From Neoconidiobolus thromboides FSU 785 (Eukaryota > Fungi > Entomophthoromycota), in the NCBI GenBank assembly GCA_025603075.1, contig MU626328.1, positions 1 through 64,000 on the forward strand: 64,000 nucleotides of DNA, given 5' to 3'. The position numbers were made by a program, and so were the translations under genes. The notes under the pieces were generated by a model. The model saw nothing but the letters and a program-made list of their open reading frames with translations, was not told the origin of the DNA and did no database searches. Of this stretch, positions 12,008 to 24,749 are shown piece by piece (the stretch's first letter is position 1; each line of letters starts with the position of its first letter).

Positions 12008-13894
12008 ATGTTAGCTCAATTTTTCCCTTTAACTGCTCTTTTAGTTTCAGTAGTAGCTGGTCAAGCTACTCCTTCTGATCCTTGTGCCAAAATTGCTAAT
12101 AAGACTGTAGTTGGTTATAAAGATGTACTTTCATGCTATGACACCTTTAAGTTAACTGATAATGTACGTAAGGGTGTTTCGGATACTTTAACAAAGGTAC
12201 TCCCATTCTATGCCTTTATTGATGTTTCTAAAAGATCCCCAGAACCAAAGGTCCCAAGTAACAAAGATATTGAAAAGGAATTAGGCAACGTTTTGAAAGC
12301 CAAATATAACACTGAACGTGAATTCCAAGTAGCCATCACTAAATATTTCAACACTTTACAAGACGGACACACAAGATATACTTCAAGCTGTTTCGCTAGC
12401 TATAGTTTTAGACAACCTTTCCCAATTCACACTGAAGAGGACAAATGGGGTAATGTAGTTGTTAGAATTCCTAAGAACTTGAGTTATGCTCAACCTCTTC
12501 TTGATGCTTGGAAGGCTGCCGGTGTAGATGTTTTGAAGTATGCTGGTGCCGAAGTATTATCCATCAATGGAAAACAACCTTTAGAATATGTTGAAGAATT
12601 TGCCAAAGAATACATTGGTGTTTCTAGAGATGTTAACTCCCGTATCAATTATGCTCTTGCTCGTTCTATTCAAAGTAATGGTAAATGGGGTGTCAGTTAT
12701 GGAACTTTTGGTTCTACTACACTTCCTCCATTAAAAGAAACTCTTACTTTCAGAGTCAGAGATGGATATCTTGAAAAAGAATTAGTAGTTCCATATATTG
12801 CCACTCCTAGTGCAGCTAGTACACCGTTTACTGATTCTGCTTCCTTTTATAAAAACAATTGCGCTCCAATTGCTTCTCCTTCTGCTAAATCAAGTAACTC
12901 TAACAAAGTGCAAGTTTTGGAAGTTCCAGAGCTTAAAAAAATTCCAATTGATGCCCCTATTGACACACCTAACTCAAGGCTTGAGGACCCACTTGCAACA
13001 CCATTAGTTGATGGAACATTTGTAAAAACTTACGTCATTAAGAATAATGTCGGTGTCGTTGCTATTTCCACTTTCTCTGCTAATGAAAAGCAATGGTTTG
13101 ATGAAATTACCAAGGGATTCAAAGCCTTACAAGATCAAAAAGTTGAAAAGTTAGTTTTAGATGTAAGTAACAATGGTGGTGGTTATATTTGTTGGGGTTA
13201 CAATGTGCTTGATTATCTTTTCCCAAATGCTAAAGTAAAATACTTTAATACTGATATGCACTATTCTTCATTACTCGCTAAACTTACAACAAAATATGAG
13301 TATGACTTCTTTAGCCCAAGAGATTATAACAAACCTGATGGTAAACCTTTTACATCAGATAATGCTTTTACTGAAGTAAAGACTTATTACCGTGGTATTA
13401 ACAGAAACAGTCAATACACTCCTCAATTTCAAGAAAAATGTGACGATAATCCTTTAAGGGCTTTACTAGTAAATGGAAAACAACCATTCAAGACTGAAAA
13501 TATTGCTTTGGTTTCTAACTCTATTTGCTATTCTACTTGTACCCTTTTGAGTAACGGTCTTCAAGAATTCCATAATATAAAGAGTTATGCTTTTGGTGGC
13601 CTTAAAAATAAGGAAGCCACTGTTGGCTCTCTTGCTGGTGGTACCGTCTTTTCTCTTGATGGTCTTTTATCAAGCTTAAACGCTTCTGGTTTAAATAAAG
13701 ATCCAGCTGCTCCACAGCCACTCCCAATCAATGGTGGTGTCCGTTTCACTGTTAGAGAATCCTATTCTTCTAGATACAGTGAGCTTCGCCCATTAGAATT
13801 TACTTGGAATCCAGCCAAAAATCATAAATCCTTTACTGCTGATACCGTATTCAATCCATATAAAGTATGGGAGCAAGTTGCTAATGATTTATAA
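12008..13894 (+). CDS. Secreted peptidase family S41 (fungal CPAF-like)
   Basis: Signal peptide MLAQFFPLTALLVSVVAG; LQDGHT; KLVLDVSNNGGG; SNSICYSTC; FTVRES; intronless. Confidence 0.8.
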   Translation: MLAQFFPLTALLVSVVAGQATPSDPCAKIANKTVVGYKDVLSCYDTFKLTDNVRKGVSDTLTKVLPFYAFIDVSKRSPEPKVPSNKDIEKELGNVLKAKYNTEREFQVAITKYFNTLQDGHTRYTSSCFASYSFRQPFPIHTEEDKWGNVVVRIPKNLSYAQPLLDAWKAAGVDVLKYAGAEVLSINGKQPLEYVEEFAKEYIGVSRDVNSRINYALARSIQSNGKWGVSYGTFGSTTLPPLKETLTFRVRDGYLEKELVVPYIATPSAASTPFTDSASFYKNNCAPIASPSAKSSNSNKVQVLEVPELKKIPIDAPIDTPNSRLEDPLATPLVDGTFVKTYVIKNNVGVVAISTFSANEKQWFDEITKGFKALQDQKVEKLVLDVSNNGGGYICWGYNVLDYLFPNAKVKYFNTDMHYSSLLAKLTTKYEYDFFSPRDYNKPDGKPFTSDNAFTEVKTYYRGINRNSQYTPQFQEKCDDNPLRALLVNGKQPFKTENIALVSNSICYSTCTLLSNGLQEFHNIKSYAFGGLKNKEATVGSLAGGTVFSLDGLLSSLNASGLNKDPAAPQPLPINGGVRFTVRESYSSRYSELRPLEFTWNPAKNHKSFTADTVFNPYKVWEQVANDL

Positions 13895-14775
13895 TTAATG
13901 AACATATTTAATTAATAATAAAAGTATCTATTACTAAATTTATTTTATCATTTGACTGTTATTGATTTATCTTTATTAATATGACCATTATTTAGAGTTC
14001 TAACAAACAAGCATAATATTAAGGATAAAAATAATAAATTGTTTAATATAAAGTCATTGATTTAGTTCAAATCCTGAAAGCTCATTTTTATTTTTATTTT
14101 TGAACAATGAATATTTATTACAAACATTATAAAATAGTCCACTATAAAGTAGTCTTACTTTTGTATAATTCCAAACAGAACATGAGAACATTTTTTCACT
14201 TTAAATTGCTTTTTGAATTTTATGTGATAAAAATGGACAAAACGAAAAACAAAATAATATTCTTACTTAAATTTTAAAAATTAACCCAAATTAAATTGCA
14301 AAAATTATTTTTAATTACCAAATTCTAAATTTAGCCATTTGCTAACGATTAACTTTAAGCTTATGAAGAGTTGAAAGGAACAAAGACATTGTTATACGCT
14401 TCTTGTACAAAAATAAAGGAGCAAAAAAGTAGTTGAAATATTCAACCTAAAAAGACTAAATAAAACTAGGCAAAAATATTGATTTTACTATATTTAATAA
14501 ATCTATCCAATTTATATTAAAATATTAAATAACCAGAATTATTTGAAACTTAAATTGCTATTTAAAGCAAATTCAGCTCAATCTTAAAATTACACAATAA
14601 ATAAACATGCTGACAAAAATAAAATAATATTTAAGAATAATTCATTTGAAAATTAATTGATGGCTTAAATCATATGGACAATATGATTCATTTTGGCGTT
14701 CCGGATAGGATCTCCACTCTATTTAAATAGGGATTTAGGACAAACTTGATTTTTTGTTTAGTTATATTAGTTTAA

Positions 14776-16041
14776 ATGCAAGACTCAAAGTTAAATATTG
14801 AAGGATTTAAGTTGGAAAAATTAACTATTCCTGGAAACAGTGACCCAAAGCCAGGGATAAAAATTTCAACATTAAAATACACAAATAATAAACAGTTTGA
14901 GAACGGTTATAATATTTTTGCTGCCCATCCAAATGGTTTATCGAAAGAATCATTTGTTCCTTTTCTCAGAAAGTTGTTAGCATACTTAAAACAGTCGAAT
15001 TTCGAAAATATCAATGCTATAGTCAGTGTTGATATGCGAAACCAAGGGGATTCTGCTGAATTAAATAAAGGGCTTTTGGATGGTCCTTTTCTTTGGAGCA
15101 ACTATGCATTAGATAATTATGAAGTCATAAAATTTTTGCATCTTGATTCTAGAAAGTTAATTGGAATCGGTAATTCGATAGGTGCTGTCTCACTGTAATT
15201 TATAAATGAAATTTATAAGCATATTAATGCCTTTATAGTCTAGCTATAGAAAGTATGTTCAAGCCCAAAACTTTCGTTAACATTGTCGCCTATGAGCCCT
15301 CTTTATATTGTAGACCTGTATCTGAATTTCAAATGAATCTTTTTGAAGGCACAAAAAGGAAAAGAGGGACTTGGGAATCTAGGTTAGTTAATAATTGTGG
15401 TATGAGAGATTGATTTTAATTGTTATCGCTTTAGAGAACAAGCAAGGAAGCATTTTGAACGAAAAGCGTTTTATAAAGCATGGGATAAAGAAGTATTTGA
15501 ATTGTTTATGGTAAAGAGAATTTATAGCTAAGCTTTATTAAAAATTCAACCAATACCATTTAGGAATTTGGTCTTATTGACCTCCCTGAGGGAGGAGTTG
15601 GGTTTAAATGTACCCCATTACAAGAATACGTAAAGATTTTTAAAAAATTTAAACCCAAATTAAAAGCAAAACTAGAAAACATTTGTTGATGATCATCTTT
15701 TCCAACCTAAAATGTTTGCTAATTTGAATAAGGTCGAGTGTCCTGTACTTTTCGGTCATGGTGGTGGTCCTACTTCCTATTTGTAAGTCTAAAAGTTTTA
15801 GCATAAAAATACTCAATAACAAAAAACAGACCAGGTGATTTATACGAGGATATTACAACCAAGTTACCAAATCGTAAAGTACATTTTTTTGAGGAAGGTG
15901 GCCATCTTATTCCATTTGAGGATGTTGAATACTCTGGTAAGTAATTATCTAATATAAGTTACGTTTCTGATTATATTTTTAGCAAAAGTAGCTGCAGAGT
16001 TTATTAAGGGAAATGCGATGGTACCAAAAGCGAAATTATAA
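14776..16041 (+). CDS. Alpha/beta hydrolase, Lpx1-like, with peroxisomal PTS1 (multi-exon)
   Basis: HPNG...VDMRNQGDS, nucleophile elbow GNSIGA, later exon GGHLIPFE, C-terminus AKL-stop (16021-16041); several short GT-AG introns. Confidence 0.75.
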
Positions 16042-16346
16042 ACATTCTAAACAAAGATGAATAAAACTTTAATTCAATCTAAGCTAAAGCTCGTTTATTT
16101 TCAAACGTTATAAATATGGAACAAAATGTCAAACTTTAATTATTAAGCGCTATTCTTATTTTTACGAATACTAAAAGTACTTAAAAGTTAGTTAAATTTT
16201 AATTACAGATTTTTCATTACATTTATCTCAACTCAATAGTAAACACCTGTTATAAGCATTAATATAGTTATTTATTCTTATCTAGATATGATAAATAGTT
16301 ACTATATTTAAGCAGTAGACTTAAAGGTCTTCGAATGATGATAACT

Positions 16347-19213
16347 CTAAAGTACAGAGTATCTTCCAGATAATCCAGAACTAGGACCGCCACGAGCTTC
16401 TGCCTCAAATGCTGAAATAGTTGATTCCTGTAACAAACGTTTGATTTCTCTAACTGCAAGTTCAACTGCTCTTTCATTATCTGATTCAATAACAAGATGT
16501 AGCTTGCGACGTGATGTATTAACAGGCAAAGTTTCCCCGGGTGGAATGTATTCTCCTCTTACAGTAACTCCAGCACCAGATAACTCGATGACCTGGGTAA
16601 TTTGTTCCTAAAAATATTAGCACTGAATATATATCATTAATAAAGCTTACTTTGTTAGTAACTTTCCATCTTGCTTTTTGTGGAAAATCATTAATTTCTA
16701 TTTCTTGATGGAAATGTGATGCTGTTGACATTGCATGATCCAATCCTTCCCCAATATGAGCGAACTGCCCAAGGTCACCACGAAGTTTAGCTTTCATTTC
16801 AGCCAACTCTTTGTTTCTATTTGCACTTACAACAGTAGCGCTTATCTTAGCAGCGGCGATTTGGGCGGCTCTGATTGCAGCTGCTTGTTCAGATGCAGAC
16901 ATTGCTGGATTGATACCAGGTAAGCCTGATGTTACACCCGAAATTCCAGTGTTTTCTTTTTTAACAAGTGGGTTATTCTCGCCCATGATGCGATTAAATG
17001 TTTGGTTATCTTCTTCATCTGATGATGAGTCATCTCCTTCATTTTTATAAGTCTGTTTCTGAACAAACTTCAATAAATCTCTTTGTTTGTCCAACACATC
17101 TAACCCTTTACCCCCAAACCCAGAACCAGAAATTTGAGCATTGCCTTGATTAACTTTAAGCTGGAATTCATCAGCAAGTGCCTGCAACTCTTTTGGTATC
17201 TTGGCTTCACTAGCTTTAAGTGCCTTGACAATATCATTTGCATATCTATCTTGTGCTGGAGTAATGAAAGTGTAAGCTGTACCTTTATTACCTGCTCGAC
17301 CGGTTCTTCCTACTCTATGCACATAATCCTCCATATGATTAGGGCATTCATAGTTCACTACAACAGCTAATTTTTTCACATCTAAACCTCTTGCAGCTAT
17401 CGATGTAGCAATTAAAATTTGAACAGCACCAGATTTAAAATCGTTGAATATCTCATCTCTATCTTCTTGATCCTTTCCACCATGCAAAGACAAACAGGGA
17501 TATCCCTTGTGAATAAGATCTTTGAGTAAGTTATCAGCAGCTTCCTGCTTATCAACAAATATAAGTACTCGGAAATCGCTATTACTTGCATTTTGATAAA
17601 ATTCACCGAGGATTGCTAAAAGTCGTGTAAATTTGGCTTTTTCTTCAATAACTTCAACAATTTGATGAATATCGCCAGCAACAACCGATCTAGCTCCTAC
17701 AATAATTTCCAATGGCTCTGACAAAGTCTTACGTGCTAAAGCTTCCATCTGCTTAGGAAATGTAGCTGAGAATAAAACTGTTTGACGATCTGCTCTTGTA
17801 TTATTTATAATTTTCATAATCTGAGGCTCAAAACCCATATCAAACATACGGTCAGCTTCATCAAGCACTAAAAATGTTACACGGGTTAAGCTAATAAGTC
17901 TTCCAGAATTGGCACATAAAAGATCAATCATCCGTCCTGGTGTACATACAATAATTTCAGCTCCTCTTTTGATATCGTTGATCTGGTTTTGCATTCCAGC
18001 ACCCCCGTAAGCACAGATAGCCTTCAAGTTTGATGCTTTCAAAAAAGGTTTACATTCTCTATGGATTTGGGTCGCTAACTCTCGTGTTGGAGTCATAATG
18101 ATTGCAATAGGGCCATCCCCATTCCTTAAAGGCCTTTGATCACGAATATGCCTAAACATAGGAAGTAAGAAAGCTAATGTCTTCCCTGACCCAGTCTTAG
18201 CTACACCGATAACGTCACGGCCGCTCATAATAGCAGGGATCGCTTGTGCTTGAATTGGGGTAGGCTTTTCAAAATTTTGTTTACGAATAACTTCTAAACT
18301 AGAACAAAGATTAGAATTAAAGTGATCAAAATAATATATTACTATGATGAAGGAAAGCCACAATGTGTCCAACGTTTTATGGGCTTGGGGCAGCCCTTAC
18401 CCTAATAATTGTGTTAGATTTTATTTATTATTTAACATTTTAAATACCCTAATTTTAATACGATCTAACTCAATACGTAGTTTTTCTACTTCTTCTTCAG
18501 TCATTTCTCTCATTTCTTTTGGTTCTATATAGAACTTTTTATTAAATTCTTCGTATTGAATTTTGCTATGGTCAACAGTAGGTACATCCTTCTTTTTAAA
18601 TTTTTTCGCGGCCATTCTAATTAATTAATAAGTAATAAATTAAGGGAAAAAAAACTTACGCTAGGATATCTTCTGGCCCTGAGTCCTCACTTTCATCTTC
18701 GCTTTCAATTTTGGCTAAAACTGATTTTTTAGTTTCGTTTCTTTTTCTTTCATTTAAAGCTTCAAAATCCTTTTTCTGTAGTTTTGTGGCCTCTTGTTCT
18801 ATACTCCGCATATACAGTTCCAGGGGATCTTCATCATCGTCTGAATTTTCTGACTTTTTCCCTGATTTTCCTTTTTCTAAAAAAAAAATTAGAGCCTTAA
18901 TTTTATCAAATTTACTAAATCTACTACTTTCAGAATCGTTTTTCGAACCAGTGTTACTTTCCTCATCATCATCGTTATCTGACGAAGAAGATTTATAAGC
19001 TTTACCGCTTGAACCTTGTTCTCCTTTCAATTTATTGTCTCTAGCTAATTTTTTTTCTTTTTTCCATTTCTCTGCTCTTTCTCTTCTTTCTCTTTGAAGT
19101 TCTTCAGAATCCAAAGTTGAAAGTTTACTATAATTTGTACCTGTTTTTTCCTATTTCATAATTATTAGCCATAGTTTATATTTATTATCTGTTACCTTTT
19201 CTTTTGGTGACAT
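16347..19213 (-). CDS. PRP5: DEAD-box RNA helicase PRP5/DDX46 (multi-exon)
   Basis: AKTGSGKT, PTRELA, TPGR, DEAD, SAT, HRVGRTGRAG; DPLELYM motif; C-terminal KH-like EINDFPQKARWKVT; start MSPKEK at 19213. Confidence 0.92.
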
Positions 19214-20377
19214 TTCTAAAAAAACTCAGAAAGGATGTTGATTAAAATAGATTGAATTGATATTTAAAGCCTTTTTGATTGGAATAGATTTTTACTATCT
19301 AAGCTTTTAAAAATCTTTTAGGATGTTTTTTTAATATTTTAATAATAGATTTTTGATTCAGAGGATGCTTAAGAAACGGACAAAATATTAAGATAAAAAT
19401 ATATTTTCATATTCTTTAAAAAAGACCATAGTTAAAAATAGGATAATGAAAGTTGAAAATCTTAACATTAATTAAGATCATGTAATGTCTGAGTCAACTG
19501 TATTTATTGTATACTTATTATAAAAAATTTACAATAATATTTACCACTATAAGTAGCAATAATATTGTCGAGAGTGTATAAAAACTATTGAATTCAATTA
19601 TAAAAATAATTGGCAAGTATGCAAAGAATACTAAACTCATCCCTGATTTTGTTTTACTTTCATAAAGTTTGAAAATCCATACTAATTGTAATTAATAGGA
19701 GACGATATTAAGAAAGCTATTTAGCTTTTAATGAGAATAAGTTGATTAATGTGAAGGTCTGTTTATTCTGGCTCATTGACTTGGATAATGACATATTAGA
19801 AGTACGCAATTGGAATTATTGGTACTTTATCTATTTTTTGAAAAACCGTCACAGTTAAATACAGCGTAGGGTCGCTTTATACAAGCTAACTACTAAGCAT
19901 AGGTTTAATGTTCCTATTTATTGTAGCCATGTTGATTGTCCTTACCCATCTAATGCTTTGAATATTTGTAAACTTGAGGATAAAATAATCACCAATAACT
20001 ATTAACCAAAGGTTAATGATGATTAAAGTTATAATTTTGTTTATTCAATTTTGTTAAATAACATAAATTTAAAATAAAGTTATTTTATAAAACACTATTA
20101 AAATGAAAATACAATCCTTTTTTAATAAATAAGCTGCTTATTTTAATCATAATATAATTGTTAAATTATACTTATAATTATATAGACAGTATATATATTA
20201 GTAGTCATGATTTTGTTTGATATCATATCGAAAGGCAATTAAACTCTTAGAACTTTATTTAGTTTCTATTATCTTAAATACAGTATCTATCCAACTAACT
20301 ATGACTAGCATTGATATAAATAGTCTTGAGGATAATACCATTTCCAGCATCTTGATCTATTTTAAAAAATATTAACA

Positions 20378-21268
20378 TTAAAAAACATATATTAAAACTA
20401 AATACCCAAATAACGCCAATGTTAAACAAAACATGGTAACAATGATCATAGTAACAGACAAAAACCCTAACGCTAACTCAGACGGTCTTCTTTTTCTATG
20501 GTCTGCATTAGGCGGTAAAGCATAGACCGACGAAATAAGCCAAAGGGGTGGTACAATAAAGCCAAGAATAAAGAATATTAAAGCTGGCGAAGTTAAACTT
20601 AAAGAATCGGTACTAACTGGCTTGTCCAAATAAGCTTCTTTTGGGATCTCTAAGTTACCCATTGAATATCTCAAGGCCCTACGAGTTTGAAAGCTGGTGT
20701 CATCATCTCCTTTAACAATCCTCAGAACATCATCTGAATTCGTTCGTCTTGGGGTATTGAAGGATTGATTATTAAGCATCGGATTTCTACCCATTGAACT
20801 TCGATTGATTGGCGAAAACAGAGGGCTGTTAAAAATGGTTGATTCTTCTTTTGGGGTTAATGGTGGTTTATTTAAGGGGCTTGTCAAACCATTTGTTTTT
20901 AATATTGGTTTAACCTTTTGAGTCAATTCACCTGGGTTACTATTTGTTGTCATACGCTTGTTCTTAAATGTTTCTGATACCGCATCGGCCCAAGATATAC
21001 TCTGTCGATTTGCTCGAGGGTTTGAAGAGTTCGTTGAATTTGAGTTTGTTTTTCCATTATTAGTGTTTAAACTCAATTCTTTAGATACGGACCTCCTTTC
21101 TAATAATGTGTTAGTTTTTGGTGTTGTGTTTTTAACTAGCAGCTGTTCTCTTATGTTTGAAGAGGGCTTGTCTTTTAACTCCTTCTCTTTGTTCCTTTGT
21201 ATTTCTACCAAATCAGCCAACTCTTTCAATATCAAAGTAGGTGATTTTTTATAAAACATATTATACAA
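20378..21268 (-). CDS. Hypothetical S/T/N-rich protein with two C-terminal TM helices
   Basis: 296-aa ORF; FFILGFIVPPLWLIS and a terminal hydrophobic helix. Confidence 0.7.
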   Translation of the reverse strand: MYNMFYKKSPTLILKELADLVEIQRNKEKELKDKPSSNIREQLLVKNTTPKTNTLLERRSVSKELSLNTNNGKTNSNSTNSSNPRANRQSISWADAVSETFKNKRMTTNSNPGELTQKVKPILKTNGLTSPLNKPPLTPKEESTIFNSPLFSPINRSSMGRNPMLNNQSFNTPRRTNSDDVLRIVKGDDDTSFQTRRALRYSMGNLEIPKEAYLDKPVSTDSLSLTSPALIFFILGFIVPPLWLISSVYALPPNADHRKRRPSELALGFLSVTMIIVTMFCLTLALFGYLVLIYVF

Positions 21269-22063
21269 TTAATTAAACGACATGACTTTTAATTTTTTAT
21301 TAAAAATTTGTACATTTATTATTTTTATTAGTAAATTAAATTTCCTGAAAATCACAAACAAAGTTTAATTAAATTATGAAATCTATTTTTGGAGACATCT
21401 AATTTTTTCACAATTTAATTTTAATGCAAACAATTTTCAAAAGCCAAACAAAAAGTTATCAGTTGATTTACTATTAGATAGTTAATAAAATAGTATTGTA
21501 ATTATACTTTATTATAATAAATGATTTTACATATAAATATAGTAGTTCAATTGTTAAAAAAGGACTACTACCTACTAAGTTTCTATTTATATTATTATTA
21601 ATAAATAACCTGTATTTTATTTTAATCTTATCTATACGATTTAGGCTTAATGGAGTTTTTATTTTTTTTATTTTTTGTGCTCACTTTTTAATTAAATTTT
21701 TAAATAAAATTTATATAAAGTTAAGAATAATTTATTTTTTTTAAATAACCTTAAGAATTTTTCAAACATTTCAAGTTCATGGTTCCACTTGACATTAGCA
21801 ATGTATTATGTATATTATACAGCATACAAAGTAAAACCCATTTCAGCACCATCCAATAAAAATAAGTATACATCCCTATCCACCAATGACATCTTAAACA
21901 AGGCATAAATTGATATATCTTTAATGGCATTTCATTTGATTATGTATCTATTAATATGAAAAAATTAATGCGCTAAAAGCTTAAAAGTTTAAACTAGCTT
22001 TTCATTTTTTATTAATAAATTACCTTTCTTCCTTTTTTAACTATTGATTTAGTCTGATGTATA

Positions 22064-23830
22064 ATGTCAGAGCAGAAATTAGCTTTACAAAGTTGTGATC
22101 AATGTAACAAAAGAAGAGTGAGATGCAGTAAGACATTACCCAGTTGTACCAACTGTATCCGTAGGGAAGACGCATGTACCTACTTACGTAAACTTAAAAC
22201 AGAATCTTATCTTACAGATAAACCTTACCTCGCAGAACGTATAACTGTGTTCAGAAATTCAAAGAGGAGAGGGCCGAAAACAAAGAATAAAAATGCTTTA
22301 ATAAAAATGGACTCTATCATCAAAGAAACAATTTCAAAGATACCCTATATAGTATTACAAAATAAAGAGGATGATTGGCATCATTTGGCTTATCGTTTAA
22401 CACTTGGTACCCCAGATAGAAACCTTCTAAATTTTTTAATCGTTGCTTTTGATTTTCCATTGCTATCAAATAAACTTACTCATTGGAGCAAGGCTTTTAT
22501 TAGTGTTATGAACGAAGTTAATCCTTGGGCTCAACGTATTATTCTTCCTCAAGCTGTTTCTTTTTTACCTATTATTGATGAGGTTCAATTATCAAATATA
22601 TTAAATAACGCTGTCAATAACTATTTTGAATATGTCAACCCTATCATTCCACTATTTACACGTAGTGGGTTTGGAAGCAAACCTCGTTCCCAAATTCTTC
22701 TGTTGGCTATTTGGGTCACTGGGCTTTCCATTGATCAGCATATACCTATAATAAAAGAAATAAGAAACTTTTTACTACACAGGTTTACATTGGAGTTACG
22801 CAAAAGTTATTCACATCCTACAGTAGATATCTTACAAGCTTACATTATTTCGATTAGTTGGAGGCTTGGTTATAGAGGAAAGCCTACTAATACTTCAATA
22901 CTCTGTTGTATACCAATTCATCTACTACATTCTTTAGGATTACATCAAAACCCACCAAATTTTTTATTTTCACGCCATGAGTTAATCGAACGACGTCTAC
23001 TTTATAGTGGTCTAATATTTTTGGATTCTAATTGGGCATCTGGAAATAATACGCCTTGTATTGTGAATATGGATCACGCAGAAACTTATGGGGATGAAAT
23101 CAAGCCACACGAGATTAAGTTTATTTTAAGATCTAGTAAATCAGCTGAAGAAGCAGTTTATGATATAACTTTAATTAGTATAAGTAAATGTAATTACATT
23201 GATTGTACCATATTACAGGCCATGCGAGTATTGCGGCATAGAATCCATGTAAAAACAATTGAAAGCAAAGAGTTGTTGGAAGAGGTAAGAGGCTTACAAT
23301 TTAAATGCCGTACCCTTTTCCTTGGGTTTATACGAAGTATGCATGATTTAAAAAAGGTTCTTTTAGAATATTACAAAGAGGTAGATAAGGTTAGCCCTTT
23401 ATTTGAACGCGCTATTCTATCTCTAAACATGCGCTTTCGTATTGTGTTTCGAGATATAACCGCTTTATTACTTCATCTAAGACCAGACTTGGATGGCTTA
23501 CCTTCAAGGCATACAGCAGAGTGTGAAGGTTCACCGTTTATTGCGGAAGCCGTGGAAGCGGCTTCCCAAGTGGCCCCTATTGAAAATGAGTTTGGTTTAA
23601 TGCCTTACCATGCCAGCCGACCTTCTCATCTTGGAAAAACGTTAATTATGTTGATTAAGCTAAAACATTTGTATAGAGGCCCAATAGATATAAAGAAACA
23701 GATTGATACTATTTTGGAAAGGATGGCAATTTTAAAAACTGTTCATTCTTGGTCGTCTCAGGTTACGTTTAATCTATATTTGGCAGATAAGTTCAATGGT
23801 CAGACGACGAGTGGTAGGGCTCAGCTGTAA
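22064..23830 (+). CDS. Zn(II)2Cys6 fungal transcription factor
   Basis: CDQCNKRRVRCSKTLPSCTNCIRREDAC; middle homology-like region YFEYVNPIIPLF...LGLH...ERR. Confidence 0.9.
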   Translation: MSEQKLALQSCDQCNKRRVRCSKTLPSCTNCIRREDACTYLRKLKTESYLTDKPYLAERITVFRNSKRRGPKTKNKNALIKMDSIIKETISKIPYIVLQNKEDDWHHLAYRLTLGTPDRNLLNFLIVAFDFPLLSNKLTHWSKAFISVMNEVNPWAQRIILPQAVSFLPIIDEVQLSNILNNAVNNYFEYVNPIIPLFTRSGFGSKPRSQILLLAIWVTGLSIDQHIPIIKEIRNFLLHRFTLELRKSYSHPTVDILQAYIISISWRLGYRGKPTNTSILCCIPIHLLHSLGLHQNPPNFLFSRHELIERRLLYSGLIFLDSNWASGNNTPCIVNMDHAETYGDEIKPHEIKFILRSSKSAEEAVYDITLISISKCNYIDCTILQAMRVLRHRIHVKTIESKELLEEVRGLQFKCRTLFLGFIRSMHDLKKVLLEYYKEVDKVSPLFERAILSLNMRFRIVFRDITALLLHLRPDLDGLPSRHTAECEGSPFIAEAVEAASQVAPIENEFGLMPYHASRPSHLGKTLIMLIKLKHLYRGPIDIKKQIDTILERMAILKTVHSWSSQVTFNLYLADKFNGQTTSGRAQL

Positions 23831-24749
23831 AGAAAGTGGATGGATAGTCAAAAAAATATTTATTTATATTTAGCAAATTTTAGGTGTTTTAACTTCATTT
23901 TAATTGCCATACTTGGTTTTCTTAGTAGCATTGTAATAATTTATCTTATAATAATAAAAATTGTAATATTTTTGTAATTGAAGTATGTTTTATAGTATTT
24001 GTGACTTGTTTTATTAACTAGGCTGTTATGAATGCAGTTTACTATTAAAGTATCATTCGTTTTTTTTATTTTTAAAATTGACATTTTGGCTAAATAGAAA
24101 TTATTGTTGAGATTATTCTGATTCTTATCTTACTACAGTATTTAGAATCTGGTTTCTATTATTATTAGATCAAGTAAATGTATTGCTTCTAATTTGTAAT
24201 ATTCATCATTTATGAAACTGTTAAGTTTAATTTATGATCCTAGATATTTGCTATAAGATAGTTACTATTATTATGTTATTTAACCATGAACTTTGAATAT
24301 TAATTTCAAAACTCTATCCTAAATTTTTTACTTTAAACTACTACAATATAAACGTTAGTAACTTTACTATTAATATATATTTTTTAATTAAATTGAATAT
24401 CAAAATATCAAAATGGTATAAACAGCTTATTTTTAGAATTATATAGTATGCTATTTCAATTTAAAACTTCAAACAGGCTAATTAAAAAATAACAATACTC
24501 GAAACTTGAATTAACTAATTTATATATAATTAGAGCTTAACAAAGGTATACAAGTCATAGCTCAGTATAAACTTTCAAATAGTTAAGTGGTTTTGTTATT
24601 TCTATATTTAAATACTTTAAATTCTAATTTCATTGTATAATCATTCTTTTATTAGTAAAACTTCCTTTGTATCGTCTTTTTACCAGAAATACTACAATTA
24701 TTGATGTTGTTTGTTTTAAATAACTCGATTATTAAACTCAAGTTAATAA

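Noticed and set aside
19700-20030. Short Cys/Trp-containing frames (YCSHVDCPYP)
   Set aside because: No start, splice support or recognisable family; possibly a relic but unsupported.
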